64,000 bases of DNA. Source: Deferribacterales bacterium. Lineage in GTDB: Bacteria > Chrysiogenota > Deferribacteres > Deferribacterales > Geovibrionaceae. Each line of letters starts with the position of its first letter. Position 1 is the first letter of the stretch. The notes below the pieces were generated by a model, which saw only the letters and a program-made list of their open reading frames with translations, had not been told where the DNA came from and ran no database searches. Made by a program: the position numbers and the translations under genes. The stretch spans positions 416,001-480,000 of the forward strand of contig JBFWLW010000001.1 in the NCBI GenBank assembly GCA_050251945.1, given 5' to 3'. This document shows positions 18,705-28,915 of the stretch, piece by piece.

Positions 18705-19375
18705 ATTCTAAGCCCCCTTATAACTGTCCATGACATATAATATTTCTGTTCCTCTCTCAAAGACTCGAAGAACATCTCATGTTCGGTCTCGTTCTTAAAA
18801 AGGTACCGGTTAAAGGTTTCACTGCCGAAAAGTGACTGTATCTCACTGACGGATGCATCGGTTATAAGCTCTTCTGTCTTTATATTCATGAAAAGATTAT
18901 GCACGGAGTTGCTGACTGTCATTGCCCATCTTGAAAGCTTATCTTTTATAGGCATCTGCGCGGCATCAGAAAGCATGGCGAGTACGTCCCTCCCCTGCGA
19001 ATCATATATCTTCGGATAGACAGAAAGCACAAGCCTGCCGCCGACGTTCAGAGAACCATGCAGTGCGTATACAACGTCGTGTATCGGCTGGAACATGAAC
19101 GTTCCTCCGAGTGAAATATGCGTATCAGCTCTCATGCGGCGCATTGTCTGTGCGACAGACATATCAACTTTGAGAGGTACAATTTCTTCCGGTACGCCGG
19201 ACATATCGTATGTCAGCGCATACACCGCATCGTATATGTTTTTGTCATGGAGGTACTTTGCTGTAATAAAATTGTTAAATGACGATTCGCATACCTTTCC
19301 GCCGGACTTCAGAGACAGCCCGTCGAGGAGTTTATAATAAATTATCTGTAAATCTTCAGTCTGTCTTCTGTTCAA
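18701..19375 (-). CDS. Hypothetical protein, possibly degenerate class I methyltransferase fold
   Basis: 224 aa; ATGA overlap with ridA; L..GGRLVL motif present but no clear GxGxG. Confidence 0.6.
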   Translation of the reverse strand: MNRRQTEDLQIIYYKLLDGLSLKSGGKVCESSFNNFITAKYLHDKNIYDAVYALTYDMSGVPEEIVPLKVDMSVAQTMRRMRADTHISLGGTFMFQPIHDVVYALHGSLNVGGRLVLSVYPKIYDSQGRDVLAMLSDAAQMPIKDKLSRWAMTVSNSVHNLFMNIKTEELITDASVSEIQSLFGSETFNRYLFKNETEHEMFFESLREEQKYYMSWTVIRGLRI

Positions 19376-19496
19376 GTCATTACCTTTTTATTTACATGCT
19401 TCTGATTATCGTATATTGTTATAAGTGTTTGCGTGTGGCTAACAATATACTCTCATTTTTTAAATCGACAACTCAAATTTTACGGGGATTCTTCGG

Positions 19497-20471
19497 ATGA
19501 ATATTAACGATGTACTGGCACTTGTGGCAAATGAAAGGGATGCTGTTGAGAAAGAACTGATAGCCAATCTCGATTCAGATGTAAAGATGGTGAACGAGGT
19601 TGCGGCATATGTTTTCGAGAGCGGCGGCAAAAGACTCCGCCCCGTGTTTCTCATCCTTTCCGCCATGATGTGCGGATACAAAGGACAGCGCACGGCAACT
19701 CTGTCGGGTGTCGTTGAGTATATCCACACGGCGACCCTTCTGCACGACGACGTTATCGACGGTGCGAAATACCGCCGCGGAAAAGAGAGCGCAAACCGGA
19801 TATTCGGAAACGACATAGCTGTGCTTTGCGGTGACTTCCTTTACTCCCGCGCATTCATGACTCTGGTTAAAGACGGTGACAGCCGGATCCAGATGCTTCT
19901 TGCCGTCGCCGCCAGAACAATGAGCGAAGGCGAAGTCTTCCAGCTTGTCAAAACTGCCGACGTTAAAATTAAATTTGAAGAATATCTCAAAATAATAAAC
20001 TCGAAAACAGCCGTACTCTTCTCTGCATGCTGCGAAACCGGGGCAATCCTCGGAGAGCAAAACGAAGAACATCAGGCGGCAATGAAAGACTACGGAACAA
20101 AACTCGGTATCGCTTTTCAGATGGCGGACGATATACTCGACTATCTCGGCGATCCGGAGAAAACGGGTAAAAAACCCGGCACCGACCTTAACGAAGGCAA
20201 GATAACCCTGCCCGTTCTCAAACTGCTGGAAGCTTCCACAGAAGCCGAACAGAAACGTATCCGCGAAATAATCGTTGACGAAAAGGCAACTGACGAAAAT
20301 CTGAACTATATACTTGGACTTATGAAGCAATACGACGTGAAAAAACGTTCCGGGGCTGTTGTCGACAAATACATAGATGCCGCAAAAGCAAATCTGAAAC
20401 TCTTCCCCGCTTCGCCATACCGCGACGCTCTGGATTTCCTTGCGGACTATATGGTCTCCAGAGAAAAATAG
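19497..20471 (+). CDS. ispB: Polyprenyl (octa/heptaprenyl) diphosphate synthase
   Basis: GGKRLRP, LHDDVID..RRG, FQMADDILD and GK..G.DL.EGK motifs. Confidence 0.93.
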   Translation: MNINDVLALVANERDAVEKELIANLDSDVKMVNEVAAYVFESGGKRLRPVFLILSAMMCGYKGQRTATLSGVVEYIHTATLLHDDVIDGAKYRRGKESANRIFGNDIAVLCGDFLYSRAFMTLVKDGDSRIQMLLAVAARTMSEGEVFQLVKTADVKIKFEEYLKIINSKTAVLFSACCETGAILGEQNEEHQAAMKDYGTKLGIAFQMADDILDYLGDPEKTGKKPGTDLNEGKITLPVLKLLEASTEAEQKRIREIIVDEKATDENLNYILGLMKQYDVKKRSGAVVDKYIDAAKANLKLFPASPYRDALDFLADYMVSREK

Positions 20472-20473
20472 CC

Positions 20474-21451
20474 ATGGACGCAAAGTTTTGGCGTGCTGAA
20501 AAAGATCAGTGTGTCAGATGCGTCCTTTGCCCCCATGCATGCCTGATAGAACCGGGCGGACACGGCAAATGCCTCATAAGAAAGAACATCGACGGAGTGC
20601 TGATAGCCTCTGCATACGGAAAGGTTTCATCAGGCGCTGTTGACCCCATCGAAAAAAAACCTCTCTATCACTTTCATCCGGGTTCAAATATCCTTTCCGT
20701 GGGTTTCAACGGATGCAACATGTCTTGTCTGTTTTGCCAGAACTGGCAGATAAGCACGCAGGAAACGGCAACACAGGACACTTCCCCGATGGAGCTGCTC
20801 CACACCGCGCGCAGGTCTTTCAGCATAGGCATAGCATACACATACAACGAACCGCTTACCAATTTTGAATTCGTGCTGGACTGCGCAAAGGAATTCAGGG
20901 AATCGGGATTCAAAAACGTTATAGTCTCAAACGGCATGATAAACCCTGAACCGCTGAGCGAACTGATTCCGTACATTGATGCCGCGAACATTGACCTGAA
21001 AGGATTCACCGAAGACTATTACCGTGAACACGGCGGAAATCTGAATGCCGTGAAACATACGATAGAGGCACTTTTCAAAGGCGGCGTGCATGTCGAGCTT
21101 ACCAATCTTCTTATTCCGCAGAAAAACGGAAACGAAGCAGATTTTGAGAACATGTGCAGGTTCATATCAGGATTGAGCAGGGATATCCCTTTGCATATAT
21201 CAGGATATTTCCCGCAGTATAAATATGACTTTCCGCCAACGTCAAACAATGCATTGACCGATTTTGCAAAAAAGGCTAAAAATTATCTTAACTACATATA
21301 TATAGGCAACAAAGCCGGATGCGGATTCACCGATACGACATGTCCCGAATGCGGACAGCTGCTCATCAAACGCAGCGGCTTCAAAACCCAGTGCCTCACG
21401 GATGAAAATAAATGCCCAAACTGCTCGCAAGGATTTTATGCTGTTTTCTGA
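20474..21451 (+). CDS. amrS: AmmeMemoRadiSam system radical SAM enzyme
   Basis: C.LCPH.C, DPIEKKPLYHF, GCNMSCLFCQN, YTYNEP and C-terminal CxxC pairs. Confidence 0.92.
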   Translation: MDAKFWRAEKDQCVRCVLCPHACLIEPGGHGKCLIRKNIDGVLIASAYGKVSSGAVDPIEKKPLYHFHPGSNILSVGFNGCNMSCLFCQNWQISTQETATQDTSPMELLHTARRSFSIGIAYTYNEPLTNFEFVLDCAKEFRESGFKNVIVSNGMINPEPLSELIPYIDAANIDLKGFTEDYYREHGGNLNAVKHTIEALFKGGVHVELTNLLIPQKNGNEADFENMCRFISGLSRDIPLHISGYFPQYKYDFPPTSNNALTDFAKKAKNYLNYIYIGNKAGCGFTDTTCPECGQLLIKRSGFKTQCLTDENKCPNCSQGFYAVF

Positions 21452-22320
21452 TATTCGCTCTTTACGGATGTAAAGAATCCTATAAGACCGAGCAATTCTA
21501 TGCGATGGGTACATTCGTTTCCATAACGGTTCCGGAAGATGACGCCGACGTTATTGTCGACGCGCGAAGCAAGATAACGGCTCTTGAAGCAGCCGTTAAA
21601 GTAGATACCGAAAAATTCAACAAAAATCCCAGATACAAACCAAGGCTTGCCATTTCGGAACTCATCAGCAGAGGAAAAGCATACGAGCTTATCACCGATG
21701 GCAGGTTCAGCATATATTCGGCAACGGTGTCAAAACTATACGGATTTCCGGAAGGCGCATACAGAGTGCCGGAACAGGCTGAGATTGACATGGCACTTGA
21801 CAACATCAGCCGCGGAACTAACATAACGATGGATCTGGGCGCATATGCAAAAGGATGGATAGTTGACGAGGCGATAAACGAAATAAGGGATGCCGGTGTT
21901 AAGACAGCTATGGTGAACGCAGGGGGCGACCTTTTTGCACTGGGCAAACGACCCGACAGAGACTGGCGCATTGCCATACAGGATCCCAAGAACAACAGAG
22001 ACTATATCTCCATAATAAATCTAGAGAATATGGCTGTGGCAACCAGCGGCGACTATGAAAGATTTTTCAAGGCGCAGGACGGCAGAACCATATTCCACAT
22101 TTTTGACGCGACAACAGGGCAAAATCCTGAATATTACCATAGCGTAAGCGTTATTGCCCCCACAACGGAGGAAGCGGACGGGCTTTCAACTGCATTTTTT
22201 CTTATCAATCCGGCGGAGGTGCGGGCGAAATGCAAAAAACTCAACACTCCAGTGCTTCTTTACACAGTAAACGGCAATATTATGAAGCTCTGCGGATGGG
22301 AAAAATTTGAAAAAAAGTAA
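21412..22320 (+). CDS. apbE: FAD:protein FMN transferase lipoprotein
   Basis: Lipobox LYGC; AMGT, DLGAYAKG, NAGGD, ATSGDYER, HI.D..TG and ADGLST motifs. Confidence 0.93.
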   Translation: MPKLLARILCCFLIFALYGCKESYKTEQFYAMGTFVSITVPEDDADVIVDARSKITALEAAVKVDTEKFNKNPRYKPRLAISELISRGKAYELITDGRFSIYSATVSKLYGFPEGAYRVPEQAEIDMALDNISRGTNITMDLGAYAKGWIVDEAINEIRDAGVKTAMVNAGGDLFALGKRPDRDWRIAIQDPKNNRDYISIINLENMAVATSGDYERFFKAQDGRTIFHIFDATTGQNPEYYHSVSVIAPTTEEADGLSTAFFLINPAEVRAKCKKLNTPVLLYTVNGNIMKLCGWEKFEKK

Positions 22321-22651
22321 GTTTGATCTCCTCATAATCGCAGTTCTTGCAGCCGCATCGCTCTTTTTCATGCTGGACGTGCAGTCCGGTGAAAAACGTC
22401 TTTATCTCATTGACAAAAATACGAAAGAAGAAATTAAGCTGGAGAACAGGGATATATCGCTGGACAACGGACACGTTATCATACAGGTGACGTCCGAAGG
22501 AGCAAGATTTCTGGAATCCGACTGTCCGAACAAGATATGCATCAAACAGGGATGGGTAAAAAACTGCGGCGACACAGCCGTGTGCGTGCCCAAACACCTT
22601 GCGCTTGTTATGGAGTGCAAAGAGCAGGATTATGACGCCATCTCCCAATAA
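22307..22651 (+). CDS. NusG domain II-containing membrane-anchored protein
   Basis: N-terminal TM; SDCPNKIC...GW.....CVP motif. Confidence 0.85.
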   Translation: MKKSKFDLLIIAVLAAASLFFMLDVQSGEKRLYLIDKNTKEEIKLENRDISLDNGHVIIQVTSEGARFLESDCPNKICIKQGWVKNCGDTAVCVPKHLALVMECKEQDYDAISQ

Positions 22652-23168
22652 CCACAGCAGACTTGCCATGACAGGGCTTTTCGCGGCGTTCACGGTTGCG
22701 CTGGGCGTACTGGAATCGTTTATCGCTCTGCCTGTTCCAGGTGTACGCATCGGGCTTTCAAACGTAGGAATAATGCTCTGTCTCTATCTGATAGACTTTC
22801 CCGCAGCTATGTACGTCGCCGTAACCAAATCAATTCTGGTTCCGCTTCTCACGGGGAATCTGATAGTTAAGATGTCCATCGCCCTGCCCTCCACTCTGGC
22901 GGCAACAGCGGTTATGGGTCTTGCCGTGCTTTTAATGCGCAGATTCACCACTCCGCTTTCCGTAGGCGCTCTGGGGGCTGTTGCGCACATATGCACCCAG
23001 TTCTTTGTGGTAAAAAATCTTTACATAAAGGCGGATGCGATTTATAACCTATTACCTTATTTTTGCTTTTTCTCCGTGCTGACAGGTGTTCTGACAGGAT
23101 ACATCACGCGGATAATAATAAACAACATTCGAGAGGATCAAAGGTGCATCTCATGTTTCAAAAAATAA
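22632..23168 (+). CDS. Gx transporter family protein (Hpre_diP_synt_I)
   Basis: LE..I.LPVPG.RIGL.N and GA.AH..Q motifs; hydrophobic. Confidence 0.85.
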   Translation: MTPSPNNHSRLAMTGLFAAFTVALGVLESFIALPVPGVRIGLSNVGIMLCLYLIDFPAAMYVAVTKSILVPLLTGNLIVKMSIALPSTLAATAVMGLAVLLMRRFTTPLSVGALGAVAHICTQFFVVKNLYIKADAIYNLLPYFCFFSVLTGVLTGYITRIIINNIREDQRCISCFKK

Positions 23169-23746
23169 TTCTCGCAAGCGGCTCGCCCAGACGAAGAGAG
23201 CTTATGACAAGGCTCGGTATCAATTTTCAGTACGTAACTTCCACAGCGAAAGAGGATATGAACCCCGAAATACCCGTGGGTGAACTCACGATAAAAAACG
23301 CGGCTATGAAGGGATACGACGTTGCAAACATATACGACGAAGCATTCATCATCGCAGCAGACACAATAGTTTCATGCGAAGGGCGTATCTTCGGCAAACC
23401 CAAATGCGAAGACGACATATACGACGCACTGCGTTTTCTATGCGGGAAAAAACATCAGGTGACCACAGGTGTCGCCATCATAAACAAACGCGCCGGAGTC
23501 TGTGAAAGATTCTACCGCACAACGGACGTTTATTTCAAAAATTACAGCGATTCCTTCATCAAATGGTACATCGCAACGGAAGAACCTATGGATAAAGCAG
23601 GTTCTTATGCAGTTCAGGGCAAAGGATGTCTCATGGTTGAAAAGGTTGACGGCTGTTATGACAATGTTGTGGGACTGCCCGTATCCGAGCTTTTTGAGAG
23701 GCTCATCAAATTCGGTGTCAGACCCGGAGGACTTAATGCCTATTAA
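23153..23746 (+). CDS. maf: Maf nucleotide pyrophosphatase
   Basis: ILASGSPRRREL, ADT, GKP, DKAGSY.VQG and NVVGLP motifs. Confidence 0.93.
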   Translation: MFQKIILASGSPRRRELMTRLGINFQYVTSTAKEDMNPEIPVGELTIKNAAMKGYDVANIYDEAFIIAADTIVSCEGRIFGKPKCEDDIYDALRFLCGKKHQVTTGVAIINKRAGVCERFYRTTDVYFKNYSDSFIKWYIATEEPMDKAGSYAVQGKGCLMVEKVDGCYDNVVGLPVSELFERLIKFGVRPGGLNAY

Positions 23747-25271
23747 TCTGGTTCATGAAACACTCGAAACACATGCCGCCGAAAGGGGCGGCAAAAAGTA
23801 TCTTACGTTCGGAAAAGAAAAATTCAGCTACAGAGAAATCAACTCAAAGGCGCAGAAACTGGCAAACCTGCTCCACACGCGCGGATTTCAGAAGGGAGAC
23901 CGCATTTGCCTCATGCTTGAGAACAGCCCCGAATTTTTCATCAGTTTTTTCGGCATCCTTAAAGCCGGATGCATCTGTATTCCTATCAACACCTTTTTCA
24001 TCCGCGAAGAGGTGGCATACATCATCAACGATTCCGAAGCAAAGCTTTTTATAACCTCAGCGGATTTTACAGAAGTTGCAGATGCAATATCGCAGAAATG
24101 CCCCACCCTTAAAACGGTCATGACATACGAAAACACAAAGTTCATGTCGGAAAACATTTACAAGCTCATAAACAAAATGACCGACACCAAAATGAAAATT
24201 CAGATGACTGAAGACGATCTTGCCGTTTTCGTATATTCGTCAGGTACAACCGGACACCCGAAAGGCGCCATGCTCACACATAAGAACATGGTGGCGAACG
24301 CATATGCCTGCCTTGAGCGCTTTCATGTCACATACAACGACGTTTTTCTTCTGTTTTTGCCCTCTTTCCATTCATACGCACTTATGACATGCATACTTCT
24401 CCCCACCTATGTGGGTTCATCCATAATAATCCTCGGCAGTGTGAACGATCTTAAAAAGAAATCGTTCCGCAATATCCTGCTGTTCCAGCGTCCGACGTTC
24501 TTCCTGGGCGTTCCGCAGGTATACACAGCGCTCATCAGAGCAAAAATGCCCGCATGGTTCATAAAATTCTTTTACCCCATTAAACTGCATGTCAGCGGTG
24601 GCGCTCCGCTCCCCGAAGAGACGCTGGTAAAATTCAGAGAGAAGTTCAGACACCCTATTATAGAGGGCTACGGACTCTCGGAAGCATCTCCTGTCGTCAG
24701 TGCGAACAGGCTGAACTATCAGAAACCAATGTCCGTCGGACCGGCTCTTGACGGTGTAGAGGTTAAAGTTGTGAACGAAAACGAAGTGGAACTTGCCGCC
24801 GGCGAGGTCGGCGAGCTTATCGTTAAAGGTCCCAACGTCATGAAGGGATACTGGAATATGCCCGGTCTGACCGATATGACGCTTCGCAACGGATGGCTCT
24901 TCACGGGCGACCTTGCAAAGATAGACGAGGACGGCTTCATCTATATAGTCGACCGCAAAAAAGACCTCATAATCGTAAAGGGAATCAACGTTTATCCGCG
25001 CGAGATAGAAGAACACCTGCACAAACACCCCAGTGTTGATGCTGCCGCCGTAATAGGGCTTCCCGACCGGAAAAGCGGTGAGATACCCGTTGCATACATA
25101 AAACCGAAAGCCGGAATGAACATCTCTGAAAAAGAGATAAAAGGCTATCTTCGTCAGTATCTTGCACATTTCAAAATCCCCAAGCAGGTACAGGAATGTC
25201 ACGATATGCCCATGACCGCCACCGGAAAGGTTCTTAAAAGGGAGCTGAAAAGAAGAGTTCTCGGAATATGA
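23736..25271 (+). CDS. Long-chain fatty acid--CoA ligase
   Basis: YSSGTTGHPKG, EGYGLSE, TGD, DRKKD and TGK motifs; GGAGG RBS before ATG 23736. Confidence 0.92.
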   Translation: MPINLVHETLETHAAERGGKKYLTFGKEKFSYREINSKAQKLANLLHTRGFQKGDRICLMLENSPEFFISFFGILKAGCICIPINTFFIREEVAYIINDSEAKLFITSADFTEVADAISQKCPTLKTVMTYENTKFMSENIYKLINKMTDTKMKIQMTEDDLAVFVYSSGTTGHPKGAMLTHKNMVANAYACLERFHVTYNDVFLLFLPSFHSYALMTCILLPTYVGSSIIILGSVNDLKKKSFRNILLFQRPTFFLGVPQVYTALIRAKMPAWFIKFFYPIKLHVSGGAPLPEETLVKFREKFRHPIIEGYGLSEASPVVSANRLNYQKPMSVGPALDGVEVKVVNENEVELAAGEVGELIVKGPNVMKGYWNMPGLTDMTLRNGWLFTGDLAKIDEDGFIYIVDRKKDLIIVKGINVYPREIEEHLHKHPSVDAAAVIGLPDRKSGEIPVAYIKPKAGMNISEKEIKGYLRQYLAHFKIPKQVQECHDMPMTATGKVLKRELKRRVLGI

Positions 25272-27214
25272 AATATTATGATGTTCTGCTCCCCGTTCCG
25301 ACGGGGGGCATTTACACCTATACCTGTGAAGCCGGGCTTTCGGCTGGACAAAGGGTAAAAGTTCCGCTGGGAAAAAGAGAGCTTTACGGGATTGTAACAG
25401 GTGAGAACATCACTCCTCTTAAAAACATAAACTACAGAGACATAACGTCAATCCCCGACGATACTCCGGTATTCGGCGAATCATATATCAAATTTATGCG
25501 CCTCATGGCAGAATATTACTGTACAGATCTGGGTGTCGTGCTGAACGGCATACTGTCTGCCGCAGTTCTTGGATCCAACCGCACCGACCCCGAAATAAAG
25601 ACCTTCACACGAAAAGACATCACTCTAAATCAGCACCAGATACCGGTTTACGAATCCATTCTGCCTGAGCTTGGGAAAGGCTTTTCAGTCCATCTAGTGC
25701 ATGGGGTAACGGGGAGCGGCAAGACCGAGATATTCATTGAACTCGCCAAAGAAGTCATAGCACAGGGAAAAAAGGTGATGTACCTTGTCCCTGAAATATC
25801 GCTCACTCCCCAGATGGAGGAACGGCTTTCAAAGCGTATCGGTTTCGACGTAATGTCTTATCACAGCAAAAAAACACCGAAGAAGCGGACGGACACCTTC
25901 TGGGCATTCGCAAAAGGCGGGCTTCAGATGGTGCTGGGCGCACGGAGCGCACTGTTTCTGCCGTCTGACGACATAGGGCTTATCATTGTGGATGAGGAGC
26001 ATGAATCAAGCTATAAGCAGGAAGAGATGCCCCCCTATCAGCTGCGGGATATGGCAGTGCTTTACAGCAAGATACTGAATATCCCGGTGATTCTGGCGAG
26101 CGCGACACCATCCGTTGAAAGCTGGCAGAATGCCGTCAGCGGAAAATACCGCCTGCATACCATCCCATGCCGCCCCGACAGCGACATGCCCGATATTGAA
26201 ATAGTGGACATGAAAAAAGTGGAACCCATTGCCGGAATCATCTCCGAAAGGCTGTACACTGAACTTTACAAAACCATAGAAAAAGGCGAACAGGCAATCC
26301 TGCTGATCAACCGCAAGGGATATTCCCATACGCTCTATTGTTACTCGTGCGGCGAAATGCTCACCTGTTCAAACTGTTCGGTCGCGCTGACCTATTACAA
26401 ATCAAAGGGACTCTGCAAATGCAATTACTGCTCGCAGGAAGTGCGCAGACCAAAATGTCCGAAATGCGGAAGCGACGACATAAAAGAATACGGCGCAGGT
26501 ACCGAAAAAGTTGCGGAAGCACTTGAAGACCTCTTTGAAAAGAAGGTACTGCGGCTCGACACTGAGAACGCATCGACATATAAACAGCTTTCAAAGATGC
26601 TGAAAGATTTCGAGGATGGCGAATACTCCATCATGGCGGGAACACAGCTCGTGGCGAAAGGGCTTGATTTCGGCAACGTAACCCTTGCGGGCGTAATAAA
26701 CATCGACAACATGTTCGGTCTGCCGGATTTCAGAGCAAAGGAGCGGGCTTATCAGCTTCTGGTGCAGGTTGCCGGACGCGCAGGGCGTGCCGCCAAAAAA
26801 GGCAAAGTCATAATACAGACGTACGCACCGGAAACGGATGTTTTCACACACCTTAACTGCACCGACACGGGCTTTTACGAACAGGAACTTATACGCCGTA
26901 AGCTCTTCAACTACCCTCCGTTTGCAAAGATGTGCCGCGTCACGCTCTCACATACGAAAGAGGAAACTGTGAAAGAAGCCGCAATGCACGTCTACGGAAT
27001 TCTGAAAAGTGCCGCCAGAGACGCGGAGATCTTCTACCCGGCGCAGGCTCCGGTTTATAAAATATCGAACCGCTACAGATACGGAATGGTAATAAAAACC
27101 AAAACCAACACAGAAATGTCCAGACTTATCAATATCGCCTCCAAAACTTTAAAGGAGAACATGAAAACCACTTTACGGATAAAGTTTGACCGCGACCCAC
27201 AATTCTTCATGTAA
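25268..27214 (+). CDS. priA: Primosomal protein N'
   Basis: GVTGSGKT, DEEHE.SYKQ, SATPS, four CxxC pairs and QVAGRAGR. Confidence 0.96.
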   Translation: MKYYDVLLPVPTGGIYTYTCEAGLSAGQRVKVPLGKRELYGIVTGENITPLKNINYRDITSIPDDTPVFGESYIKFMRLMAEYYCTDLGVVLNGILSAAVLGSNRTDPEIKTFTRKDITLNQHQIPVYESILPELGKGFSVHLVHGVTGSGKTEIFIELAKEVIAQGKKVMYLVPEISLTPQMEERLSKRIGFDVMSYHSKKTPKKRTDTFWAFAKGGLQMVLGARSALFLPSDDIGLIIVDEEHESSYKQEEMPPYQLRDMAVLYSKILNIPVILASATPSVESWQNAVSGKYRLHTIPCRPDSDMPDIEIVDMKKVEPIAGIISERLYTELYKTIEKGEQAILLINRKGYSHTLYCYSCGEMLTCSNCSVALTYYKSKGLCKCNYCSQEVRRPKCPKCGSDDIKEYGAGTEKVAEALEDLFEKKVLRLDTENASTYKQLSKMLKDFEDGEYSIMAGTQLVAKGLDFGNVTLAGVINIDNMFGLPDFRAKERAYQLLVQVAGRAGRAAKKGKVIIQTYAPETDVFTHLNCTDTGFYEQELIRRKLFNYPPFAKMCRVTLSHTKEETVKEAAMHVYGILKSAARDAEIFYPAQAPVYKISNRYRYGMVIKTKTNTEMSRLINIASKTLKENMKTTLRIKFDRDPQFFM

Positions 27215-27294
27215 ATACTTCTCTTAACAAACTTAATTGGCAATTTACATCAAACAACCGTATTTTAATGAAACAAATATTTCATGAATAATGT

Positions 27295-27368
27295 CGTCTT
27301 TGCGAGCGGAGCGAAGCAATCTCATGGTGCAATCAGATCGCCGCGTCGCTGCACTCCTCGCGAAGACG
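27295..27368. repeat. Pair of CGTC-tagged palindromic units (copy E, tags facing outward)
   Basis: CGTCTTTGCGAGCGGAGCGAAGCAATCTC ... AGATCGCCGCGTCGCTGCACTCCTCGCGAAGACG; a TIR-like remnant TTAACAAACTTAATT lies at 27224. Confidence 0.8.
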
Positions 27369-27406
27369 GAAAGAAGTAACAAAGCGATCTTATAACGAGG
27401 TGACAC

Positions 27407-27772
27407 ATGATTGATTTTCTTAAACAGATGGCTGAAAAAGCGGATGACGGAATAATGTTTGTGGATGCCGAAGGGATAATCCGTTACTGGAACGAAGGCT
27501 GCGAAAGGATTTTTGCTTTTACGAAGAACGAGGCGGTTGGCGGCAGTCTGGATATCATCATTCCGGAAAAACACAGAGACAGACACTGGAAGGGATGGGC
27601 AAAGGTGCTTGAGACAGGAGAAACTGCATATCACGGCAAAATGCTGAAAGTTCCAGCAATAAATAAGAACGGTGAAAAGCTGATAATTGAGTTTTCTATA
27701 CAGATAATTGAAGAAAACGGAATAAACGCGGGATTCACTGCGATTGTCAGGGACGTTACTTCCCGTTCCTGA
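27407..27772 (+). CDS. Stand-alone PAS domain protein
   Basis: DGIMFVD.EGII.YWN.G.E.IF....EAVG.SLD.IIP ... IVRDVT; GAGG RBS. Confidence 0.9.
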   Translation: MIDFLKQMAEKADDGIMFVDAEGIIRYWNEGCERIFAFTKNEAVGGSLDIIIPEKHRDRHWKGWAKVLETGETAYHGKMLKVPAINKNGEKLIIEFSIQIIEENGINAGFTAIVRDVTSRS

Positions 27773-28223
27773 TATTTTTGAAGAAAGCTTTCATCATAGC
27801 GGATATCTCGTCGGCGAAAAGTCCGCCGGCGTAGGTGACCCTGTGGTTCAGCTTCTCTATGTCGAAGGTATTTGCCAGCGACACTACCCCGCCGAATTTC
27901 GGCTCTGTGGTTCCGAAAAATACGTTGCGCACACGGGCATGAATTATGGCTCCTGCGCACATGAGGCAGGGTTCAAGCGTGACGTAAAGCGAACACTCGT
28001 CAAGCCGCCAGTCGCCTGTCACCTTTGACGCATCCTCAATGGCGACTATCTCCGCATGTTTAAGCGCAGACTTGCCGGAATTTTTACGATTATATCCGCG
28101 CCCTATGACCTCACCGTTGTAGACTATAACCGCGCCGATAGGGACTTCGCCCTCCGTCTCCGCCATTTTTGCCTGTTCGATAGCCATCAGCATGAATCTT
28201 TCATCGTCGGCGGAAAAGCTCAT
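27756..28223 (-). CDS. tadA: tRNA adenosine(34) deaminase
   Basis: GEVPIGA, HAE and YVTLEPCLMC motifs. Confidence 0.93.
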   Translation of the reverse strand: MSFSADDERFMLMAIEQAKMAETEGEVPIGAVIVYNGEVIGRGYNRKNSGKSALKHAEIVAIEDASKVTGDWRLDECSLYVTLEPCLMCAGAIIHARVRNVFFGTTEPKFGGVVSLANTFDIEKLNHRVTYAGGLFADEISAMMKAFFKNIRNGK

Positions 28224-28915
28224 AAATTGTCCTGCATCATGCGGATATAACCTGTGAAAACAACCGATGCCGTCTCCGCCTTCAATATCTGCTCTATTGG
28301 TTTAACCGCTTTAAAACCTTTAGCAGTGAGCGTTGCGACCTCTTCGTCTGTAAAACCGCCCTCTGGTCCCACAACAATGCACATGTCTTTTGACACAGGC
28401 GGCATACCAACCGTTTCCGCACGCTCATAAAAGACCACGTTCTCCGTACCGTCGGGAGTTATATCTGCAATGTTTATGCTGTCGCTTATAACAGGGAGCT
28501 GTTCGTTCTCAGACTGTAAAACCGCCTTCACCGCTATGTCCGTGAACCTGCCGCGTGTCTTGTCTTTCAGCTCGTTCAGACTGCGCGCGCTCACGACGGG
28601 AACTATCTCTGTGGCGCCGAGTTCGCTGTATTTCTCAACGGCGAAATCCATGTATTCGCGTTTCAGAAGGCACTGATATACTTTAAGTTTATAGTCATGG
28701 CGCTTTATATCGCGGACAATATCCGCCCGAACGGAAGCTGAGCGCTTGCCAAGCTCCGTTATGGTACATTCCGCAAACTGTTCAGCTGTCAGAACGCCCA
28801 GTGAATCGCCCTCTTTCGCACGGACAACGTTTTTCAGATAATGGAATATGTCACCCTCAAGTGAAAAGGTGCCTGATATCCGTCCTTCAAAAAAAATCCG
28901 TTTCAATCCATACAC
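28220..28915 (-). CDS. rsmE: 16S rRNA m3U1498 methyltransferase
   Basis: HYL..V.R, ELG, GPEGGF and ILKAETA motifs. Confidence 0.9.
   Translation of the reverse strand: MYGLKRIFFEGRISGTFSLEGDIFHYLKNVVRAKEGDSLGVLTAEQFAECTITELGKRSASVRADIVRDIKRHDYKLKVYQCLLKREYMDFAVEKYSELGATEIVPVVSARSLNELKDKTRGRFTDIAVKAVLQSENEQLPVISDSINIADITPDGTENVVFYERAETVGMPPVSKDMCIVVGPEGGFTDEEVATLTAKGFKAVKPIEQILKAETASVVFTGYIRMMQDNL

Noticed and set aside
19575..20483. 302-aa antisense ORF over ispB (similarly 24417-25202 and 45486-46277)
   Set aside because: Entirely opposite well-supported genes; explained by codon bias.
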